Counted from the first letter of the stretch, positions 26,375-39,113 are shown. The stretch: 64,000 bases of DNA from Sphyrna mokarran (GCA_024679065.1 JAGIQG010000009.1:102486001-102550000), one strand, 5' to 3'. Notes: generated by a model not told the origin, from the sequence alone. Made by a program: numbers and translations.

Positions 26375-26975
26375 CTGTTGAGATTGAAAAGTTTCCCACT
26401 GAGTTGAACCCCAATCATCAGCCTCATAGAAGTTAGAATGAATGACCAGACTGAGATAGATACTGAAGAGAATTGACACAATCACACAGCCTCACTTGGC
26501 ACCCGTTCAGATACAAAAGGATTCAGTCTCCAGTTCACTGTGAAGGTTGCTGCCATACAGCAATTGCAGAGGCGTAACAAAAGTTGCTAGGCATCCAAAT
26601 CTCTGGACAAGTTTCCAAAGGATTTTGGAGTTGTTGGAGGCAAAATCATGAGACAAATTAAGAAAGGCTATATAGGGCTCTTTGCAATTTCCTTTTTCTC
26701 AGATTTGTCAAGTGACAAAAATCATGCCTATGGTTCCCTGGATAGTCAGAAACAGCCTGGAAAAATGTCTCTGCTGAAGTGTCAGAGGTGAGTCCTTAAC
26801 AAGGGACCTCCATGAGGTGAACTTAGTCTAAGGTGCTGTTTTTGTCCCCACCTTTTTAAATGGCAGTGAGACTTGAGTTACCAAAGGCACCTCCGATCAC
26901 TGGAGAATTCCCCTCAGCTAGAAAAGTTGTCAGATTAGGAATCATCATCTGAAAACTAATTTCTATCAAGTAGAT

Positions 26976-27270
26976 GGCGGCACAGTAGTTAATACTGCTG
27001 CCTCACAGTTCCAGGGACCCGGGTCTAATTCCAGGCTTCAGTCCCTGTCTGTGTGGTGTCTACACATTCTCCCTGTGTTTGTGTGGGTTTCCTCTAGATG
27101 CTCAGCTTCCTCCCACAACCCAAAGGATGTGCTGGCTAGGTGCATTGGCCATACTAAATTCTTCCCCAGTGTACTTCAACAGGTGCTGGAGTATGGCAAC
27201 TAGAGATTTCCACAGTAACTTCATTGCAGTGTTAATGTAAGCCTATTTGTGACACTACTAAGTAAACTTT
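26976..27270 (+). mobile_element. V-SINE with alternative tail
   Basis: Head, V domain, tail AAGCCTATTTGTGACACTA. Confidence 0.8.
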
Positions 27271-27308
27271 AAACTTAAATAACCTTTTCCACAAAATATT
27301 CCACTTAC

Positions 27309-27364
27309 CCGGCCATCCCAGGCAGCATTTTCCTTTTCTGTCTGTTTCTGCATTCGCTTGCAAC
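27309..27364 (-). CDS. IgSF receptor exon 4 (cytoplasmic)
   Basis: TTTTCTCCCTTAG|..|GTAAGT; phase 1 to 0; GCKRMQKQTEKENAAWDGR, in frame with the TM exon. Confidence 0.7.
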
Positions 27365-28339
27365 CTAAGGGAGAAAACTCTCCTGAATCATTTTTTGATA
27401 TCATTCTGGGAATACACAGTTCAGGTTAATACTCTCATTTTAAAATAATTGTGCTTTTTTTTAAGAAGAATACTGTGGAGATACAGTTTCACATATAACG
27501 TACTTACAGATTATTCGTTTTTACAGACAATGTCACAGTTTCAGCAGTGGCATTAGTGTGTCTTAACTTTATTGTATACAATAAAATTATACAATAGGAT
27601 TTTCTTTGCTCCGAGATTATTAAAAATATTACAGACAGTGTAAGGTCACCTGAGACTTGTTCAGTTGTGTTTACTTCAAATTGACCGTGCAGCTAATGTT
27701 GGCATTCACAATAAGAATGGGAATTCTTCCAGGATTTTTTAAGGATTTATAATTCCCAATCAGTGCTTAGTGCTACTGAATGGCAAGACAGGCTTGAAGG
27801 GTCTGCTAGCTTACTACTGCTTCTATGTCTTGTGTTCTTAATGAGAAAATCATTCCAGTTAATGCAATGTTTTGTTCATTTTATCTATTTTGGAAACAGA
27901 GGATATTCAGGTTTATCAGTTATGTTACATCTGTCCCTTAGGGTACAATTTTAACGTCAGCATCACGTCGGGAAGCTGGTAGGATTGGGTAGATGACTCA
28001 TTTTATATCTCTTCTGAATTTAATCCCCTTAATTTTAACAAAGAATAATTCTAGACAAGGTATGGAGCAGTCATATCATCTCATTTCTATAAAGTCCAGT
28101 CCAAACAGTATTCCAGATAAATGACAATAAAGATTGGAAATAAAATGGATGACAATACACAAGCCAACAAGGATCTATTGTTTTCATATTGCTGAACGGA
28201 GCTCACCTGGAACAAAGGAATAAATCCTTCATCAATTCCTATAATCTCCATTATAATGAACATATTTTAATTAAGATTGTAATTATAAATATAGAGCCAA
28301 AACAGATATATGTACCTGAGACACAACAATACCACTTAC

Positions 28340-28441
28340 CTCTTTGTGTTTTCACAGTGAAACACACAAAGAACAAGATAACAACAAGGGTTAAATATCG
28401 AACATTGGCTTCAACTCCTGGTGTTCGTTTCTTGTCCGTAT
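28340..28441 (-). CDS. IgSF receptor exon 3 (stalk + transmembrane)
   Basis: CTTACTTGTTGCACAG|..|GTAAGT; 102 nt, phase 1-1; DTDKKRTPGVEANVR-YLTLVVILFFVCFTV-KTQR. Confidence 0.75.
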
Positions 28442-28663
28442 CTGTGCAACAAGTAAGGATTTTGTCATTATATTGAAACAGTAAGAATGCTCACTGCTGT
28501 TAATTTCTATTCTAAGAAACGCTTTGGGAATGGGAGGAGCTCTTTTGGGGACATGTGGATCTTTATATGCCTCATTAGTTATATTCCATCTCTACATCCT
28601 AGGCTGTTGTCCTCAACTAAAGGCTTGCAATGAATTATTTACACTCTTGTTAATTAAGATTGT

Positions 28664-28983
28664 GGGCAACACAGTGGCAAAGTGGTGAGCACTGCTGTCC
28701 CGCAGAGCCAGGGACTCGGCTTTAATTCCCACCATGGGTCACTGTCTGTGTGGAGTTTGCACGTTCTCCCCATGTCTGCGTGGGTTTCCTCGGGGTGCCC
28801 TGGTTTCCTCCCACAGTCCAAAGATGTGCAAGTTAGGTTGATTGGCCGTGGCAACTTGCCCCTCCATGTCAAGTGGACTAGCAGGATAACTGAGCAGAGT
28901 TATGGGCATAGGGACTGGGAAGGATTGTTGTCAATGCAGGCTTGATGGGCTGAATAGCCTGCATTGGCACTCTACGGATTCTA
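28664..28983 (+). mobile_element. HE1-type V-SINE
   Basis: Well-preserved V domain GTCTGTGTGGAGTTTGCACGTTCTCCCC..CCCACAGTCCAAAGATGTGC. Confidence 0.85.
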
Positions 28984-29542
28984 GGGTTGAGAAGATGAGG
29001 ATCATTTTTTGCTATAGCTTTTTACCTGATCGAGGAAGTAGGCAGTAGATTCTACCTAGATATAAAAAGTTCTGCATGTTATCCATATGGTGGGGGAGGA
29101 ATGGGGGTTCGCTGCCACTCTGCATGCAATTGGTGGGGGAAGGGAGGGGAGCGGTGGCCTTGATCAGTCTGAGTAGTAGGGGTGTGAGGTAAATAAGGAG
29201 GTCACTTACATTGTGAGAGTGGGGCAATATCTGTGAGGGCCGGGGGTGAGGGGAAGGCATTATCCACCAGAAAATGATGAGGCAGGGGAGCGTTTTCCTA
29301 TTTTTTTACTGCGCAAGTGCAGTTAAAGGCTCTGATAGGAATTGCAGCCTTTGGGGCTCGATAAGCACCCTACCCCCACCCCCTCTATTCCCCCCAGGCT
29401 TCCACAGTGTGATTCAGAATTGCTGATATTTTTTCAGGTAGGGTGCTGAGGGGGGCTCCGGAGAACGGGTTTAAAAGTCGGATCTGAAACACTTCCAGTT
29501 TCAGCACTTTGAATCAAAGTGGTAAAATTGGGCTGATAGTGT

Positions 29543-30272
29543 CATACAGTGTAAAAAAGGCCATTTGGCCCATTGAGTCCGCACCGAGATATCAACCACT
29601 AAAGACGCACTCATCCTATTTTCCTGCAATTGTCCCAGATTCTTGAATATTACGATGTTTCAAATGTTCATCCCAATATATTTTCATAATTGTAAAGTTT
29701 CCAATCTCGGCTAGCTTCCCAGGTAGTGCATTCCCTCCATCCTCTGAGTGAAAAAAATGTTTTCTCAAGTCCCCTCTGAATCTCCTGCCTCTTACTCTAA
29801 AACTATGCCACCTCGTGATTGACCCCTTGATCAAGGGTAACATTTGTGGCTTATTCACTCTGCACAACTCTTTCATAATCTTATACACATTAATCATGTC
29901 CCCACATCAGCCTTCTCTTCTCCAAAGAAAATAACCAAGCCTATCTAGTGCCTCCTTATAGCTCAAATACTCCATTCCAGGCAACAGGTGGTGAATCTTC
30001 TCTGACTCCCTTTACTGCAATCACATCCTTCCCATAGTGAGGTGACTGCATCTGTGTGGGTTTCGTCCGGGTGCTCCAGTTCCCTTCCACACTCCAAAAA
30101 TCTGCGAATTAGGTTGATTAACCATGTTAAATTGTCTCTTAGTGTCCTGGAATGCATAGGTTAGTGGGCTAAATATGTGCGGTTTTGGGGATGGAGCCTG
30201 AGTGCGACTATTATCAGTGTGAGCTCGACGGGCTGAATGGCCTCCTTCCGCACTGTAGGGATTCTATGATTC
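29543..30272. mobile_element. CR1 3' fragment (minus, to ~30045) abutting a V-SINE 3' half (plus)
   Basis: CR1 C-terminal motifs; V domain and tail. Confidence 0.7.
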
Positions 30273-30851
30273 TGTGACCCATCACCTACCATCTCAGATG
30301 ATTGCATCAATTCTTTTGCAACCCATATAAGTATTAAAACATACATTTTAACTATTGTAGCAACCCTTACTGATCAAAGCAAAGAGACTAAAAGTGTAAA
30401 AACAAACACCTCACATGCTTGAAGACTTACTTTCTTTAAGTGACATTTTGTTCTTGATTCTGTCTAATTGTTTCCAGTTGACTTTGATTGGAAGGATTAT
30501 TTAACGCAAAGGTGGAAAAATCAACAGTGATACTGTTCAAACCTGATGTGGTTTGGTAATGAAGCATTGAGTTGAAGCTACTAACTTACAAGTCAACTTT
30601 GCTTTAATCTGTGGTTAACCTGAGAACCAAATAGGCACCCTGATATTATTTCCTATTTGCTATATAGCCTGCCCTTGAAATTTGTTGCCTTGGGTCATAA
30701 GCTTCCGTGGTCTTGGTGTCGGACAGTAGAATTGCCTCTGATGTCTCATGTTAATTTGGATGGAGCAAAAGGGCTTTGGAACGTTAGACAATGAATAGAT
30801 CATTCAGACCCTCAAGCTTTTACCACTATTTATAGATCATGCCTGGTCTGT

Positions 30852-31187
30852 ATTTCCTCAGCAAAGCAGCCAGCATAATTAAGGACCCCACGCACCTCGG
30901 ACATTCTCTCTTCCACCTTCTTCTGTCGGGAAAAAGATACAAAATTCTGAGGTGACATACCAACCAACTCAAGAACAGCTTCTTTCCAGCTGCCATCAAA
31001 CATTTGAAAGGACCTACTTTGCATTAAATTGATCTTTCTCTACACCCTAGCTGTCACTATAACACTGTACCCTGCACTCTCTCATTTCTTTCTCTATGAA
31101 TGGTATAATTCATCTGTATAGCATGCAAGAAACAATACTTTGACTGTATATTAATACATGTGACAATAATAAATTAAATTAAATCAA
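30852..31187 (+). mobile_element. Rex1 LINE 3' end
   Basis: Homologous to 14730-15040; ends TACATGTGACAATAATAAAT. Confidence 0.75.
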
Positions 31188-32294
31188 AATTTATGTGCCT
31201 GAGTCCCATATCCTTGAATGTATCCTGAACAAATTAAATATCTATCTATGTCTGTACTGTAAGCACTACAGTTCACCATTTACCTAAACGATTTGGATTT
31301 CTGAGGTATAATATGAAAATTTGTGAAATGCACTAAATTAGGGGGCAGATTTAATACTATGGGATAATGTGCTAAATATTAGATAGTATTAAAAAATGAC
31401 AGAATGAAAGTATAAGTAGCCAAATAATACAAAGTAAGAGTTATATTTTGGTTGATAAGGAGGTCACGGATTCCTCTGAATCTAAATGGGATAGAGGAAT
31501 GAAGGGATTGAGAAGGGAAGATTCACTCATCATTAAAAGCAGCAATACAGGGGAACAAAGCCTTTGGAAGAGCGTCATGAAAAAGTAGTTTCATTTCCAA
31601 AAAATTAGAAATCAAAATGAGATCATTGGTTAACTCACATTTAGAGTATTATGCAGTATGACCTCCATATTGCAAAAAGAATCTCTGGTGAAAGTACCAA
31701 CAAAATTCCGCAGAGTAAGTTTGGATAGACCAGAGCTTTATTCTCCAGAAAAGAGAAAACTGAGTTTTCACAGTGAAGTACAGGAAGATTAATTTAAAAA
31801 AATCCTATCTTATCAAATTTTGATTCCTGTTTGTTTCTTGGTTTCCAAGTTTCACTGCATCTTGAGCCAGTCAGCAGCATGAGCTCAAGACCCTGTCCAT
31901 AATCCAAATTGAAAGAATGAGCAAGGCTAAGGGAGGAACACTGGGGGAACTGTACTTTCAGCAAGGCAGCACAGCATAGCTGGCCTCTGTGCTATAATCT
32001 CTCCATAATTTTCTATGATTTTATATTCCATATTCCCACAACATGAGGCATGTACTTCTTCTTGAACTGAAGTATTATTAAGACTAGTTGTTAGAAAATC
32101 TCACCCAACAATTAAAGAAATAATTCTGAATGGTAGGTTTAATTTATCCCCATGTTTCACTCCAACCTGTCTTCTGCTTAATGATTTACATTTCAGTGGT
32201 TAGGCCTCAGCGAGAATATTGGACACTCTATCGGAAGGACATCAATGTATTGGAAAGTGTATAGGAGAGTATTGTTAGAACTATATCAAGAATG

Positions 32295-32603
32295 GATGGC
32301 AGGATGGCTCAGTGTTTAGCACTGCTGCCTCACAGTGCCAGGGACCCGGGTTCAATTCTAGCCTTCGATTACTGTCTGTGGAATTTGCACATTCCCCTCG
32401 TGTCTGCGTGGACTTCCTCTGGGTGCTCCGATTTCCTCCCACAGTGCGACGATGTGTGGGTTAGGTTGATTGGTCGTGTTAAATTAACCCTAGTTTCAGG
32501 GGGATTAGCAAGATAAATATGTGGGATTACGGGAATCGGGCAGGTGGGATTATGGTTAGAGCAGATCCGATGGGCCAAATGGCCTCTTTCTGATGATGAT
32601 TCT
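32295..32603 (+). mobile_element. HE1-type V-SINE
   Basis: Head, V domain, CR1-like tail. Confidence 0.85.
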
Positions 32604-33635
32604 AATGTGTGACTTAGAGATTTCAGTTAAATGGGAGAGAAATTGGAATCATTCTCAGAGCAGAGAATTAAGGTGAATGATACATATCAGTAATGACCTT
32701 CAGAAAGAAATTGCACACATAGTTGAAAAATATTAGAGATTGTCGGGTAATTAGGGAGAGCAGAACTAATTCGATAAAAGTACAAAACATCCGACAAAGG
32801 CACGTAAGCTTAAATGGCCTCTCTCTCCCTGAACTGTCAGGTTCTATCACTTTGTTGAACCCTGATTTTGAAGGCACTGTATAAATATTAAATTGTTATT
32901 ATGTTGAATAACAAGACACTTGATGAGTTTCACATTGTGAACCTATTTCTAACATGTCGACTCTTGTTGTGTAGTCTGGAAAAGTTTATCAGGTTTTTAT
33001 CAGGTAATTATCAAAATGATAATTACAGTCAGTTGTCTTCTAGTGAGCATTGAAAGCTTCTGTGTTGACCAGTGTATGAATGTTTTTTAATTTAAATATT
33101 AGTGATTAATTTTGCGATGAAGCTTCATTCTAAGTGATTGCTGCTGATATTAGTGGGCCGATACTTAGTGCATTCCAATGACAATCATTGTTCACTGAAT
33201 TTTAAAGGGAACTATCAAAGTTAAGTCATGGTGTGACGGATATTTCAACTTTATCCTTCCACACAAGGCGGCATCACTCAACCTGCCCCAGGAATTGTGT
33301 CAGGAGCATTCTCTTTTCTGATTCCCACCCCAGGAGATTTTCAATCCAATCTTTGCATAAAGAAATATTTTTTGATTAATTATTTGACAACTTTCACAAC
33401 TTGTTTGCACACAATTCTCCCTGAGTGTACTCAGGAGTGTGGGGCTAGGGGATTTTCACAGTAACTTAATTGCAGTGCTAATGTAAGGATACTTGTGACA
33501 AATAAATAAACTTTCCTTTATGTGCCATTTTATCCAAACTTTAAAATGAATGGGTCAGAAACCAAATGGAAGTTTTGCTCAGATGAATATATTAACATTG
33601 TGACTTCACTTCAGTGATCAGAGCTAAAATAGGCA

Positions 33636-34517
33636 TAGTGAGTCATAGAGTTTACAGCGTGGAAACAGGCCCTTTGGCCCAACTTATCAATGCCGCCCTT
33701 TTTTTTAACTACTAAGATGTCCTAATAGTCTGTATTTGGTCCATACCCCTCAAATCCATCTTACACATGTAAACGCTTCTTAAAAGACAAAATTGTACCC
33801 GCCTCTACTACTACCTCTGGCATCTTGTTCCAGACACTTACCACCTTCTGAATGAAAAAAATTGCCCCTCTGGACCCTTTTGTATCTCTCATCTCTCACA
33901 CTAGTTTTAGACTCCCTTACCTTTGGGAAAAGATATTAACTATCTGGCTGATCTGTGCCTCTCATTATTTCATAGACCTCTATAAGATAACCCCTAAGCC
34001 TCTTATGCTCCAGATGAAAAAAATCCCAGTCTATCCAGCCTCTCCTTATAACTCAAACCATCAAGTCCTGGTGGTATCCCAGTAAATCTTTTCTGCACTC
34101 CTTCTAGTTTAAAAATATACTTCCTATAATAGGGTGACCAGAACTTCACACAATATTGCAAGTGTGGTCTTACCAATGTCTTGTACAATTTCAACAAGGT
34201 GCCCTAACTCCTGTATTCAATGTTCTGATTAATGAAATCAAGAATGCCAAATGCTTTCTTTATCACTCTGTCCACCTGTGGCTCCACATTCAAGGAACCA
34301 TGAACCTGTACCCCTAAGTCTCTTTGTTCCATAACTCTCCCCAATGCCTTACCATTAACTGAGTAAGTCCTGCCCTGGTTCAATCTACCAAAATGCATTA
34401 CCTCACATTTCCCTAAATTAAACTCCATCTGCCATTCGTCAGCCCACTGGCCCAATTGATCAAAATCCTGCTGCAATCCTAGATAACCTTCTTTACTGTC
34501 CACAATGCCACCAATCA
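33636..34517 (-). mobile_element. CR1 LINE 3' fragment
   Basis: [14 protein letters not shown] and [10 protein letters not shown] motifs. Confidence 0.9.
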
Positions 34518-34801
34518 AAGTATATAAGCTTTTAAAGGGATGAACATTAGATGCAAGATCGACCTCTATATCCTACTCAGCAGCCCAGACAAAATGATTT
34601 AAAATTTTATTCCCTCCCAACTAGACTTTTTTACAGAACTACAATTCCCCTGGATGTGTTTTACCTTAGCTGTGAAGGCTTTACCATTCCCAATTGTAAT
34701 TTGCTTAACCATTAACAATGGTGCATTCCCTCCTTAAATCTCTCACCTTTCTCTCTCTCTCTCTCTCTCTATACATAAATATATGTATATGTATATATAA
34801 T

Positions 34802-35193
34802 AGTAAGAAGTCTCACAATGTCAGATTAAAGCCCAACAAGTTTATTTGATATTACAAACTTTTGGAGTTCTGCCTCTTCATCAGGTGAGTGAAGAGTTGG
34901 GTTCATCAACAGGACATTTATGAGCAAAGACACAATTAGAAGATAATTGTTGGAACGTGAGCCCTTTCAGGTAATGAAAGCTTTACAGGGTCAGACATTG
35001 TGAGTGGAGTGATGGATAATCACAGACTAAAGAGGTATGAATTATTTCAAGCAAGGACAGTTAATTATGAAATCTACCTCTCCATTCACCTGATGAAGGA
35101 GCGATGCTCTGAATAATCCTGTTGGATTTTAATCTGGTGTTGTGCGACTTCTTATTGTGTCCACCCTAGTCCAACGGCAGCATCACCACATCA
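34802..35193. mobile_element. Penelope-like element ends in inverted arrangement, with decayed hammerhead cores
   Basis: Left arm is the reverse complement of the Penelope 3' region seen at 49620-50058; right arm TCACCTGATGAAGGAGC..GGTGTTGTG..CAACGGCAGCATCACCACATC. Confidence 0.7.
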
Positions 35194-35536
35194 TCTCTCT
35201 CAGTCCCTCTCTCTCTATAATACATATATATCTGCCTCCTTCACAAGGACTTCTGAAAGTAACCAAGCTTTGAAGCTAATGCAATCTTTGGTAATTGTTG
35301 TCAAATTCTGCTTGGAGATTCCTTCTGAAAAGGAATATTTCACTGTGTTGAAGCACGATGTAAATATAATGGAGTTGAAAATTCTCATTACAAATGAACT
35401 CACTGCAAACTTGGAACACACAAAAAAAATTTTGTGCCTAGTGTTGTTGTAAAAATAATTACATTACTAGATATATGCAGCTTTACAAGTAAATATATCA
35501 TTAGGACTAGTTATTTTTATTGTAAAAATTGCCTAC

Positions 35537-35914
35537 CCATTCCATGCTGGGCCTGTGGCTGCACTGTTAACATTAAACTGGCCAATTTTGTCCCCATTGG
35601 GTGGCTAATGGACAATTCATATATCCCGCTGTCATTCAGTTGCAAATCTTTCAACAGCAAGGAAGCATTTTCTGGGAAAAGGACAGCCCGACGGTTATAG
35701 TCTTCAGGAACAGAAAGGTAGTGGCATCGCTCTGTTTGCATGTTGTTTCGCTTCGAAATGCATCTATAGTCCACAATCCGTACCCCAGTTTTTCTGAGCC
35801 ATTTGATCCGGAGATACCCACTGCTGTCTGAGATTGTGTAAGAGGCGGATAGGAGCACAGACTGATTAACTGTTCCATTGAGACTCTCTTGACTTATCCT
35901 CACTGTTACAGAGG
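35537..35914 (-). CDS. IgSF receptor exon 2: V-set domain of CD2/SLAM/CEACAM/HEPACAM type
   Basis: CTTCTACCTTTAAG|..|GTAGGC; 378 nt, phase 1-1; NGTVNQSVLL, IKW, RAVLFPENASLLLKDLQLNDSGIY..LTV; canonical B/F cysteines absent. Confidence 0.9.
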
Positions 35915-36004
35915 CTTAAAGGTAGAAGTAATAATTGTTTCAATGTAAAAGCGACAATGTCGAATTAGTCAATGCAAAATTGTTCAAACAATAACATTTA
36001 TGTA

Positions 36005-36270
36005 CTTATTAGTCACAAGTAAGCTTACAATAACACTGCAATGATGTTATTCTGAAAATCCCTTGTTGCCACATTCTGACACCCGTTTGGGTACACTGAG
36101 GGGAGCTTAGTATGGCCAGCACGTCTTTCAGACGATGGGAGGAAACCAGAACATCTGGAGGAAACCCATACAGACACAGGGAGAATGTGCAAATTCCACG
36201 CAGGCCATGATCCAAGCCAGGAGTCGAACTAGGGTCCCTGGTGCTGTGAGGTAGCAGGGCTAACCACTCT
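36005..36270 (-). mobile_element. V-SINE with alternative tail
   Basis: Reverse-complement head, V domain and tail. Confidence 0.75.
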
Positions 36271-36559
36271 GATGTAAAATATTGAACTGGATTTGCATTG
36301 CATTAACATACTACATGATGATCATGCAATAGGGACATTATGCTCCACAGCTCATTGTAACTGGGATCTTTGTAGTGACATTTCATGGTAACCTTTCACT
36401 CATTTTTGTGGAAGGCCTAATTCCATTACACATTGAAAATTTTGCATCAGTTTTTTAAAATTTATTTATTCATACTGCAATGAAGTTACTGTGAAAATCT
36501 CCTCGTCGCCACACTCCAGTGCCTGTTTGGGTACACTGAGGGAATATTTAGCATGGTCA

Positions 36560-36748
36560 ATGCACCTAACCAGCATGTCTTCTGCACTATGCGACATTCC
36601 ATAGTAACATTAAGGGGAAGTGATGGCCCAGTGGCATTATTGCTAGACTATTCATCCAGAAACTCAACTAATGTTCTGGGGCCATCGCTTCCCCTTAATG
36701 TTACTATGGAATGTCACATAGTGCAGAATATGCGCTGGTTAGGTGCAT
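36560..36748. repeat. 70-bp inverted duplication with ~49-bp spacer
   Basis: 36560-36629 is the reverse complement of 36679-36748 with about 6 mismatches. Confidence 0.9.
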
Positions 36749-37025
36749 GTTAGTTTCAAATCCTGCCATGGAAAGTGATGGAGTTTGAATTCAATTAAAA
36801 AAAAATCTAGAATTAAGAATCTACTGATGACCATGAAACTAATGTCAGGAAAATCCCGCCTGGTTCACTAATGTCCTTTAGGGAAGGAAATCTGCCGTCC
36901 GGCCTAAATGTGACTCCAGAGCCACAGCAATGTGGTTGACTCTCAGCTGCCCTTGGGCAACTAGACATGGGCAATAAATACTGACCAGCCAGTGACAACC
37001 ATGTTCCATGAATGAATGAAAAAAA
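36613..37025 (+). mobile_element. tRNA-derived SINE with (TGAA)n tail
   Basis: Same family as 1288-1652; tail GGGCAATAAAT..CCATGAATGAATGAAAAAAA. Confidence 0.75.
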
Positions 37026-37485
37026 TCACTAATATTTGTGACAGGTCTAACTTACTTTTACATCAGAGTTATACACTAACTGATGGAAGTAATGCTGAAA
37101 TTGGAATAATGTAGAACAGGGTCAGGCAGCATGGTGACACAGTGGTTAGCACTGCTGTCTCACAGCGCCAGGACCCTAGGTTCGATTCTAGACTTGGCCG
37201 ATGGTTTGGCAAGAAGCTGTTTCGAAGCATTGGTGCAGAATCAATGGGCCAAATAGCTTCCTTCTGCACTGCAGGGATTGTACGGATATGTAGTGGTCAA
37301 ATTCAACAACCATTAAAAATCAAACATAATTCTCATTCGAGCAGAGTTGCAACAGATGAACACACAGATATATTTTCATAAGCATGTGTGCACTAAGCAT
37401 ATATTATCCCAGATCATTCCTCCATCTTTCACAATCCAAGTCAATATTAAAACATATTTTATATGTTAATTGTAGTCACACTTAC

Positions 37486-37555
37486 CGATCAGAACCAAGG
37501 GAGCAAAAGCAAAAACAGAGAGCAATGTGGAAACCCAATTTCTTCTGAGTAACAT
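37486..37555 (-). CDS. IgSF receptor exon 1 (signal peptide)
   Basis: MLLRRNWVSTLLSVFAFAPLVLI+G, then phase-1 donor |GTAAGT, matching the phase of the V exon. Confidence 0.85.
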
Positions 37556-37569
37556 TTAGTTACAGATGT

Positions 37570-37835
37570 TGTTTAACCACTGACAGTGGAGTTTGTTGGA
37601 AGAATTGTTCAGTCACTGTGGGAATAACAGCAACAATACTGTTCCAAACTCCAGTCAAGGAAACAAATGAGGGTTCGGCACCAAAAAGTTGAAGTGAACT
37701 CCGCAATGTAGAATTCAGCATTATTTTACTCTGTGGTCAACCTCAGAACAAAATTGATAGCACTTCCTGTTGGCTGAAGGTGCTCTCAAAGCATGCTAGC
37801 TGTCTTTTACTACAGGTTTTAAAACTGTGGTCTTG
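37570..37835 (-). promoter_or_regulatory. Candidate leukocyte-type promoter of the IgSF gene
   Basis: ETS motif CACTTCCTGT (37761-37770) and RUNX motifs TGTGGT (37732, 37826) within 300 bp of the ATG; motifs only, no functional evidence. Confidence 0.3.
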
Positions 37836-37928
37836 ATATCAGAAGATTGAATTACCACTGGGGTCTTGCAATATTCTGCTGTAATCTATGATGACACATT
37901 AGCACATATCATGCTAGAAACTAGCTAA

Positions 37929-38332
37929 GTGGTGCGAGGACAGCTCTTGGACGTTGATTCATGGGTTGCCTGGTGCTTCATGTCGTAAATGAGTGCTTTA
38001 TCTGGACCATCTGAAGGGCACCATGGCAGCTCAGTGACTATCGCTGTAGCTGTGCAGACACTTGGAATTGGGCCGGTGTCTGCGGGAGTTTGCACGTTCT
38101 CCCCATGGTTGCGTGGGTTTTCTCCGGGCGCTCCGGTTTCCTCCCACATCCCAAAAAAATTCGCTCTTAGGCTGATTGGGAAACAAATTGTCCCTACATT
38201 GAGACTCTTCCATATTAGGAATAACCTAAAATTAGAATAGGATAATGGAATTGTTACTATATAGTTATGACGGCGGCGCGGGCTCGTTGGGCTGAAGGGC
38301 CTATTTCCCGTGCTGTGTTGCTCTAAAAAAAA
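37929..38332 (+). mobile_element. 5'-truncated CR1 consisting only of the V-SINE-derived 3' UTR
   Basis: Closely matches 61948-62369 and reverse 4376-4778; A-tail. Confidence 0.9.
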
Positions 38333-38345
38333 CGGGACTGGGCTC

Positions 38346-39113
38346 TTCAACGCGGATAAATGTGTGGTGGTCCATTTTGGCAGGACCAATGGGATGAAGG
38401 AGTATAATATCAAGGGTAGGAGTCTTGGCAGTGTTGAGAAGCAGAAGGATCTTGGGTCTGGGTCCATAGGATTCTTAAAACGGCCCTGCAAGTAGAGGAT
38501 ATGGTCAAGAAGGCATATGGTGTACTAGCCTTCATTAATAGAGGGATTGAGTTTAGGAGTCGGGAGGTAATGCTGCAACTTTATAAGACCCTTGTCCGAC
38601 CCCATTTGGAGTACTATGTACAGTTCTGGTTGCCTCACTATAGGAAGGATGTGGAAGCTATTGAGAGGGTGCAGAGGAGATTTACAAGGATGTTGCCCGG
38701 ATTGGGGGGCATGCCTTATGAAGGTAGGTTGAGAGAGCTAGGCCTTTTCTCCCTGGAGAGACGAAGGTTGAGAGGTGACCTGATAGAGGTTTATAAGATG
38801 TTGAGAGGAATAGATAGAGTGGATTTTCGGACGCTATTACCCAGGGCTGAAATGGATGCTACGAGAGGACATAGGTTTAAGTACAGAGGAGATGTTAGAG
38901 GTAGGTTTTTCGCTCAGAGGGTGGTGAGTGAATGGAATCGGTTGCCATCAGTGGTGGTAGAGGCAAACTCACTGGGGTCTTTCAAGAGACTTCTGGATGA
39001 GTACATTTAATGGGATTGGGAGTTACAGATAGTTCTATGGCCTGGTAGGTACTGATATGATCGGCACAACTTGTGGGCCGAAGGGCCCGTTTGTGCTGTA
39101 GTGTTCTATGTTC
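38346..39113 (+). mobile_element. CR1 LINE 3' fragment
   Basis: ORF 38501-39010 with CR1 C-terminal motifs; TGTTCTA tail. Confidence 0.9.

Noticed and set aside
35215-35340. Possible stalk exon after the V exon (acceptor TATTCCTTTTCAG)
   Set aside because: No good donor in a compatible phase was found.
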